Source: Octopus sinensis (taxonomy: Eukaryota). From it: a stretch of 6,214 bases of DNA. Below are positions 1-5,220 of this stretch, in pieces. Every line of letters begins with the position of its first letter. Positions within the stretch are counted from its first letter, which is position 1. The notes under the pieces are model-generated. The model did no database searches and had not been told where the DNA came from. It saw nothing but the letters and a program-made list of their open reading frames with translations. The position numbers and the translations under genes were made by a program. The DNA lies in NCBI RefSeq assembly GCF_006345805.1, contig NW_021829430.1, forward strand, positions 1 to 6,214. The letters are read 5' to 3'.

Positions 1-60
1 GAGTGGGAGAGATAGACAGACAGAGACAGAGACATAGAGACACAGAGAGACAGAGAGACA
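1..60. repeat. Degenerate (GA)n/(GACA)n microsatellite
   Basis: GAGACA/GACAGA/GAGAGA units throughout; the tract runs off the left edge of the window. Confidence 0.8.
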
Positions 61-231
61 CGAAGGGTAAATATGAAAAAGAAGGAAGAACGCCTTTAAC
101 AAACAACTACAGTCAAAATAAAGGAGCCCCCAACGTAAACAAGTAAATATATAAAGGGTATTTGATTAAAGAGAAAGGAGAAGGAAGAGAGAGTAGCACA
201 AGGCCAACATCGGGCGAGAGAGGAGGCGTTT

Positions 232-376
232 ATGTGTGTGTGTGTGTATGAACGTATGTATATGATTCTTGTAACTTGTTAGTGCGTGCTTGTATACGCT
301 TGTGTTTGTGGTGTGTATGTATGTGTGTGTATGATAATTTCAACCTGTTTGTGTACGTGTGCCTTCTTGTGTGTGT
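232..376. repeat. Degenerate (TG)n/(TATG)n low-complexity tract
   Basis: Several TGTGTG and TATG runs, interrupted by substitutions. Confidence 0.65.
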
Positions 377-395
377 GGAGAGGAGAGAGAGAGGT

Positions 396-477
396 GGGAT
401 GTGTGTCCATATAGCGGAGTAAGAGAGAGACAGAGAGGGGGAGGGATGTGTGTCCATATAGTGGAGTGAGAGAGAGA
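396..477 (+). repeat. Local tandem duplication, 47-bp period
   Basis: GGGATGTGTGTCCATATAGCGGAGTAAGAGAGAGA (396-430) and GGGATGTGTGTCCATATAGTGGAGTGAGAGAGAGA (443-477) match at 33/35 positions. Confidence 0.85.
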
Positions 478-608
478 AGAAACATTAAATAAATACAGAG
501 GTAAGCATGTGCGTGCGAGAGAAAGATATAGAGGGAAGAGGGAGATGTAGAGAATGAAAGATCGAGTGAGAGAATGAGAAGATAGCGAGTGAACGAGGGA
601 GAGAAATA

Positions 609-644
609 GGCGGGAGGGCGGGTGGAGAAGAGGGCGGGGCTGGG
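609..644 (+). other. Potential G-quadruplex / GC-box cluster
   Basis: GGG-A-GGG-C-GGG-TGGAGAAGA-GGG-C-GGGG-CT-GGG: six G3+ tracts, with GGGCGG at 616-621 and 632-637. Confidence 0.45.
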
Positions 645-811
645 AAGAGAAACATATGAGAGAGGAAGGGATGGGGCAAAATGGAAAAAGAAAAGGGAAA
701 GAAAATGTTTCAATGAAAAGGGGGGAGATTCTGAAGATAAAAACTGGTGTTTGTGAATGGATGAAGTTATGCGTGTACGAGTCTATGAAATGGACAAACT
801 ATAAACATCAT

Positions 812-910
812 CACACACACACACATACACATTCATGTATGTATGTATGTGTGTGTGTGTGTGTAGTATATATATGTGTATGTATATGTGCGTAGTATAT
901 GTATGTATGT
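812..910. repeat. Compound (CA)n-(TATG)n-(TG)n-(TA)n microsatellite with fold-back symmetry
   Basis: ACACACACACACATAC (813-828) is the exact reverse complement of GTATGTGTGTGTGTGT (845-860). Confidence 0.8.
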
Positions 911-940
911 TTCAGTGCGTCTATCTGGGCAGGATACGTG

Positions 941-1313
941 TATTCTTTTACTCTTTTACTTGTTTCAGTCATTTGACTGTGGCCATGCTGGAGCACCGCC
1001 TTTAGTCGAGCAAATCGACCCCAGGACTTCTTCTTTTTAAGCCTAGCACTTATTCTATCGGTCTCTTTTGCCGACCGAACCGCTAAGTTACGGGGACGTA
1101 AACACACCAGTATCGGTTGTCAAGCGATGTTGGGAGAACAAACACAGACGCACAAACACACACACGCATATATATATATGCATATATACGGCGGACTTCT
1201 TTCAGTTTCCGTCTATAGTAGAAGACACTTGCCCAAGTTGCCACGTAGTGGGACTGAACACGGAACCATGTGGTTTGTAAACAAGCTATTTACCACGCAC
1301 CCACTTCTGCGCC
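941..1313 (-). mobile_element. tRNA-derived SINE, family A (octopus-type), with internal microsatellite and probable internal deletion
   Basis: The minus strand starts GGCGCAGAAGTGGGTGCGTGGTAA (A-box-like) and has GTGTTCAGTCCC (B-box-like, plus 1250-1261), followed by TTGGGCAAGTGTCTT. An internal (TA/TG) tract lies at ~1138-1189. The body CGATAGAATAAGTGCTAG..CTGGGGTCGATTTGCTCGACT is homologous to family B. The 3' end has the short repeat GTAAAAGA x2. No clear TSD. Confidence 0.85.
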
Positions 1314-1622
1314 TGTGTTTGTACACGCATGCTTGTATATATATCCATGTAAGTATGAATGTGTGTATGCATGTAGAAATTATACATATATATATTAATA
1401 GTAATGGTAAGGCAACAAAAGAATGAATGAGACCTCGATATTATGTAAATAGAGGAATTTATCTGTAATATAATATGTGACAATTATTTAGTTGCCATAA
1501 TAAAACACCGAGTTTCGGATGTCGGAACGGAAATCTGCTCCGGCATGCGCGCATACTCGAATTCTATGGGCGTTTTTACTTTTTTACTTTCTCGCCTTCG
1601 GGGGGTTTTTTTCCCCTTCATT

Positions 1623-1710
1623 TAACTGTCATTCTAATAGCTCTTTTGGTAGTCTTACTAACGGTCATTTACATAGCAATTTCCCATAGTTTAGCGGTCA
1701 TTTTCATAGC
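1623..1710 (+). repeat. Three imperfect 19-nt direct repeats inside the inverted-arm element
   Basis: TAACTGTCATTCTAATAGC (1623-1641), TAACGGTCATTTACATAGC (1659-1677), TAGCGGTCATTTTCATAGC (1692-1710). Confidence 0.7.
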
Positions 1711-1719
1711 ATTTTTTTA

Positions 1720-1792
1720 TTGTCTTAACGACTGACAAGATGCCGGAGCAGTTTCCGCCTGACATCCGAAACTCGGAGTTTTATTATGGCAA
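1720..1792 (+). ncRNA. Degenerate type I hammerhead ribozyme motif
   Basis: Stem I: 1720-1731 / 1781-1792, 10 of 12 pairs in the required register. Core: CUGACAA at 1732-1738 (canonical CUGANGA, so G8->A). Stem II: GAUG 1739-1742 / CAUC 1763-1766, extendable. GAAA at 1768-1771. Stem III: ACUC-G-GAGU. Predicted cleavage after GUU at 1780. Confidence 0.55.
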
Positions 1793-1816
1793 CCGAATAA
1801 TTGTCACATATTATAT

Positions 1817-1960
1817 TACACACACACATATATATGCGTGTGTGTATGTATGTATGTATATGTATGTATATATGTATGTATGTGTGTGTGTGTATGTATG
1901 TATGTATGTATGTGTATGTATGTATGTATGTATGTGTGTGTGTATGTATGTATGTATATA
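1817..1960. repeat. Compound (CA)n-(TA)n-(TG)n-(TATG)n microsatellite, strictly alternating pyrimidine/purine
   Basis: 144 bp of uninterrupted Y-R alternation. Confidence 0.9.
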
Positions 1961-2076
1961 GCAATGCCGGTACTCACTGCACCCTTTTAGTTACTTTTAC
2001 TGACGGTCAATTATTTCCTTCTGCGTCTTGCCACCTTAATCATTTTATATACGTGAGTATGCGTGTATGTGTGTGT

Positions 2077-2161
<85 letters not shown>

Positions 2162-2176
2162 TAGATAGATAGATAG

Positions 2177-2212
<36 letters not shown>

Positions 2213-2245
2213 AGATAGAGATAGATAGGTAGGTAGGTAGGTAGG

Positions 2246-2322
<77 letters not shown>
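2077..2322. repeat. Compound tetranucleotide microsatellite (ATAG)n-(ACAG)13-(ATAG)n-(GTAG)5-(ATAG)18
   Basis: (ATAG)8 2077-2108; (ACAG)13 2109-2160; interrupted ATAG 2161-2228; (GTAG)5 2229-2248; (ATAG)18 2249-2320. Confidence 0.97.
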
Positions 2323-2789
2323 GTACATATGCTCACATAAAAACTCATACATATCAAAGTGTATACACGTCGGTTCGTGTATATACATACCTGCTCAATA
2401 TGTTACATGTAGAAATATACACTTCGTATATCTATATTAAAACCCTAATACTATTTTTTAAATATTTTATTTTGAAGTACATTTTGTAGTTTTTTTTGTA
2501 ATGTTCCTCCATCTGTTGCCCTTGCGGCAATAAATTGGTGTAGAGGAAGCAGTTCATAGAATGGACGATTTTCTTTCTCCATTTCTTTAAGTTCCATTTG
2601 CAGAGCAAGACAAGGATAAAAGGCGGTGACCCCGCTAGTAAATCTTATTAAACGTTTTGCTGTTGCTGTTGTTGTGCAGAATTTGATTCAAGCTTAATCG
2701 AAGACACTTATGATCAAAGACTTTCGAAGAGTGACCATTCCGCTTTCTTCTTACATGCAAAGAATCAAGTGCCATATATGCTATCCAGT

Positions 2790-2980
2790 CGGCATTTCGT
2801 TCGTCTTTACGTTCGTTCTCAGTTCAAATTCTACCGAGGTCGACTTTACCGTTCATGTTTTCGGGGGTCGGCAAATTAAGTACCAGTGAAAGAAACACTG
2901 CGATTAATGTAAATGACTCACCAAAAATTTCAGGCCTTGTGCCTATAGTAGAAACGATTATTATTATTATTATTATTATT
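2790..2980 (+). mobile_element. tRNA-derived SINE family B, copy B1 (5'-truncated)
   Basis: Begins at CGGCATTTCG. Contains CAGTTCAAATTCT (B-box-like), GAGGTCGACTTT and TAAGTACCAGT. Tail CCAAAAATTTCAGGCCTTGTGCCTATAGTAGAAAC, then (ATT)8 at 2957-2980. Colinear with the other B copies. Confidence 0.85.
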
Positions 2981-3328
2981 TAGTAGTTTTATTTTTATAG
3001 CGTGCTTTCACTTCACTACCGAGCGCAGCTCTGTGTGCCTTGGGTATGTGCTGTGATTTGTTGTGATGCTTTGATGGTTATTGTATGGAAAGTGTTCTGC
3101 GTAGGATGTGTGCAGTGCCTAGTAGTGCAATTTTCTGTATGTTATATGTTTTGTAAGTCCTGGTGTTTTTTGTTATGTATTGTCTGAATTTTTTTTATCA
3201 TGCCTAATGCACCTACTATGATAGGAATTGTTTCTGTTTTCAGATTCCACATTCTAGTTACCTCTATTTCCAGGTCTTTGTATTTTGAGAGTTTCTCCAT
3301 TTCTTTTAGAGACACGTTGTCATCAGCC
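2981..3328 (-). mobile_element. 5'-truncated non-LTR retrotransposon, R4/Dong-type (restriction-like endonuclease) clade
   Basis: The minus strand encodes the C-terminal RLE region, then a ~95-nt 3' UTR, then (TAA)n. It is flanked on both sides by (ATT)n/(TAA)n (2957-2980 and 3330-3347). Confidence 0.85.
3078..3327 (-). pseudogene. Frameshifted C-terminal fragment of an RLE-type LINE ORF
   Basis: 3327-3190 reads ADDNVSLKEMEKLSKYKDLEIEVTRMWNLKTETIPIIVGALGMIKK. After small indels in A-runs, 3179-3078 reads YITKNTRTYKTYNIQKIALLGTAHILRRTLSIQ*. The motifs KExEKxxKYxDL..W..P(I/V)xxGALG and QKxALLGTAxILR are characteristic of R4/Dong C-termini. Not reported in the ORF track because of the frameshift. 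Confidence 0.85.
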
Positions 3329-3348
3329 TATTATTATTATTATTATTA

Positions 3349-3576
3349 AGGTGGCGAGCTGGCTGAATTGCTAGCACGCCGGACAAAATGCTTAGCGGCA
3401 TTTCGTCCGGCTTTAAGTTCTGAGTTGAAATTCCGCCGAGGTCGACTTTACCTTTCATCCTTTCAAGGTCGATAAATTAAGTACCAGTTGGGCACTGGGG
3501 TCGATGTAATCGACTAGTCCCTCCTCCAAATTTCAGGCCAGGTGCCTATAGTAGAAAGGATTACTATAATCATTAC
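3349..3576 (+). mobile_element. tRNA-derived SINE family B, copy B2 (full length)
   Basis: Head GGTGGCGAGCTGGCTGAATTG (A box). B box is mutated (GAGTTGAAATTCC, 3422-3434). Body and tail as in B1, with a decayed ATT end. About 84% identical to B3 over the first ~165 nt by hand count. Confidence 0.9.
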
Positions 3577-3584
3577 TGTAAGAC

Positions 3585-3655
3585 TGCAGTGTGTGATTTG
3601 AATATGATCTGGCTGCTATTTTTAGCAAATCGACTGATCATGTAGAGAATCCCTT
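3585..3655 (-). repeat. Fragment of a third dispersed repeat (family C)
   Basis: The reverse complement of 3612-3627 (TGCTAAAAATAGCAGC) matches 5800-5815 at 15/16, and similarity extends to about 70% over 37 nt. It resembles an abundant octopus repeat I recall. Confidence 0.45.
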
Positions 3656-3855
3656 TCATGTCTTATTTATGAAAGATGGGTGAGGTGAGAGTGGCGACAG
3701 TGGCATGGCTACTCTAAACTATACGGCTGTATAATCATGCAGCTTTGCCGTGGGGTGTCAGTCTGGGCTAGATTTGTGTAAGGAGTGCACCGAGTCACCC
3801 AATGGGATTCCTCACCCTCGCCCAATTCCAGACTGATTTCTTACCGCATTCCTAC

Positions 3856-3865
3856 TATATATATA

Positions 3866-3909
<44 letters not shown>

Positions 3910-4016
3910 TATATATATACACACACACCACAAACGCGCACACACACACACAATATATATATATATTATATATATATATATATATACATAATATATACAC
4001 ACACACACAACACATG

Positions 4017-4049
<33 letters not shown>

Positions 4050-4060
4050 CAAATATATAA
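3856..4060. repeat. Compound (TA)n/(CA)n microsatellite
   Basis: Long TA runs separated by two CA blocks. Confidence 0.92.
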
Positions 4061-4371
4061 TAAGCAATAATTATAACGATATGGATCATAGAGGCTTGTT
4101 CATCCTCAAAATATATTTTCTCTTATTTTACAATTTTATACACCATATTATTATGGTCTATATATATATGTGGAAATGGTTCACAGTGACTTCGAAGTAC
4201 CATCCAGTCTGCCGAAGGCGAGCAACCCAAAACTTTGAAATTATTATTGCCCCTTTCTTTGTAAAGATTAGTAAACGTGTACCCAAGTAAAAAGAAAGGT
4301 ACTGAGAAATCTTTCAGTTTAATGTTAAATTGTTTTTATATAGTAATATAATTTTACTTAAATAAACAGCA

Positions 4372-4422
4372 GTGTGTGTGTGTGCGCGCGTATGTGTGTG
4401 TGTGCGTGTGTATATGTATGTG
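4372..4422. repeat. (GT)n with (GC)3 insert, strictly alternating purine/pyrimidine
   Basis: 51 bp of unbroken R-Y alternation, including TGCGCGCGT. Confidence 0.85.
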
Positions 4423-4500
4423 AACTTGCTGTGTGATCTTTGCAAGCCTATCGTGACAGGCGAGGTTGATGTGCTGCTAATGTTCTATTTCACCTGTCGC

Positions 4501-4728
4501 TTTACTGCCCACAAGGGGCTAAATACAGAGGGGACAAACAAGGACAGACAAATGGATTAAGTCGATTATATCGACCCCAGTGCGTAACTGGTACTTATTT
4601 AATCGTCCCCGAAAGGATGAAAGGCAAAGTCGACCTCGGCGGAATTTGAACTCAGAACGTAGCGGCAGACGAAATACCGCTTAGCATTTCGCCCGACGTG
4701 CTAACGTTTCTGCCAGCTCACCGCCCTT
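4501..4728 (-). mobile_element. tRNA-derived SINE family B, copy B3 (full length, alternative 3' tail, 20-bp TSD)
   Basis: Minus strand: GGCGGTGAGCTGGCAGAAACGTT (A box) and an intact B box GAGTTCAAATTCC (plus 4641-4653). 5' GGCGG can pair with CCGCC like a tRNA acceptor stem. Flanked by TGTTCTATTTCACCTGTCGC (4481-4500) and TGTTCCATTTCACCTGTTGC (4729-4748), identical at 18/20. Confidence 0.95.
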
Positions 4729-4750
4729 TGTTCCATTTCACCTGTTGCAG
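4729..4750 (+). other. Candidate 3' splice site
   Basis: Pyrimidine-rich TGTTCCATTTCACCTGTT followed by GCAG|. Branch-point-like CTAAT at 4477-4481 and CTAAC at 4701-4705. No transcript evidence. Confidence 0.3.
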
Positions 4751-5220
4751 ATAGATCGATACCTGTACGGAAGAAACTATTAGAGAGAACATTCCAGAAG
4801 GAAGAACGGACTAAACCAAGGCAGATAAATTATTAATACTGGATTCAGCGTTAAACATAGCAAAAGAGAAGAGAGTTGGAGAGACAAATGAGTTGCTAGG
4901 TACCAGAAAAGGGGAAGTGCAAGACAAGCTACCTCCGCTGAGTAACGTTGCTAGAAGACTAGGGTCGCATCGGGCGACGCTTTTATGATGGCGAAGGGAT
5001 GCCATGGGCGACTTTTTTATGGAGGCAACAAAATTTAAGGGCTACTCCGAGTGGCATACACTACCTAGGTTACTGCCTCCGAGGAAACAGGTCGTTTTAC
5101 AATAACGAATAAAGTAAATCTCCAAGGAACAGTGGTCTTTATTGTAAGCGATAGAAATGCTTTGTACTGTATCATTATGTTAGTATTTCATCTATGCATT
5201 CAATATCATTACTGTCACCA

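Larger units (their letters stand above)
377..725. repeat. Purine-rich (GA/GGA) low-complexity tract
   Basis: The plus strand is overwhelmingly G/A. This composition produces the S/L/P/F-rich minus-strand ORFs (279-713, 485-679). Confidence 0.75.
1396..1820. mobile_element. Non-autonomous element with long inverted arms; probably a Penelope-like-element pseudo-LTR derivative (alternative: TGT..ACA Ginger-type MITE, 1464-1820)
   Basis: 1464-1546 vs the reverse complement of 1740-1820 gives 76/83 identical columns (5 mismatches, 2 gaps), with a 193-bp spacer. The right arm overlaps a hammerhead-like fold. The left arm continues for ~68 nt to a decayed (TTA)n-like end on the minus strand. No TSD seen. 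Confidence 0.7.

Noticed and set aside
230-895. ORFs 230-457, 279-713, 485-679, 656-895
   Set aside because: Translations of GA- and GT-rich low-complexity DNA (S/L/P/H/T-biased), with no domain-like content.
1444-1457. 14-nt inverted match TGTAAATAGAGGAA with 5822-5835
   Set aside because: It does not extend on either side, and 5822-5835 is better explained as part of the family-C fragment.
811-1483. ORFs 811-1107, 1068-1280, 1127-1426, 1286-1483
   Set aside because: They run through SINE A and microsatellites, so the open frames are incidental.
1623-1710. CRISPR-like repeat-spacer pattern
   Set aside because: Only three degenerate 19-nt units with 14-17-nt spacers, no cas genes, and a eukaryotic repeat context.
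1725-2388. ORFs with YIHT/MYVC/SIYL repeats
   Set aside because: Direct translations of TATG and GATA microsatellites, which lack stop codons in some frames.
2604-2770. Acceptor-like sites (TTTGCAG 2603, GTGCAG 2679) and open frame FDSSLIEDTYDQRLSKSDHSAFFLHAKNQ
   Set aside because: No convincing donor site, no recognisable protein similarity, and the frame runs into SINE B1. RNA-seq would be needed to support it.
3001-3043. Apparent 43-nt exon (TTTTTATAG| ... |GTATGT) and ORF 3002-3187
   Set aside because: Lies on the antisense strand of the R4/Dong LINE 3' end, whose A-rich terminus creates the pyrimidine tract. Cryptic exonisation cannot be excluded.
3349-3440. tRNA genes at the SINE heads (also 4636-4728, 5221-5310, 1245-1313)
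   Set aside because: A/B boxes and an acceptor-like stem are present, but there is no canonical anticodon arm and each head continues into a repeated SINE body.
3678-3836. Short crossing inverted repeats (GGGTGAGG/CCTCACCC; TCAGTCTGG/CCAGACTGA)
   Set aside because: Only 8-9 bp and far apart, compatible with chance.
3785-4560. ORFs 3785-3991, 3812-4015, 3841-4089, 4081-4290, 4372-4560
   Set aside because: Microsatellite-derived (YI/CV repeats) or short AT-rich frames without recognisable motifs.
4811-5005. Minus-strand ORF (64 aa) and an opposite Met-less open stretch TKADKLLILDSALNIAKEKRVGETNELLG...
   Set aside because: No recognisable homology, no start or splice context, and lengths within chance expectation. 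A tBLASTn search could revisit this.
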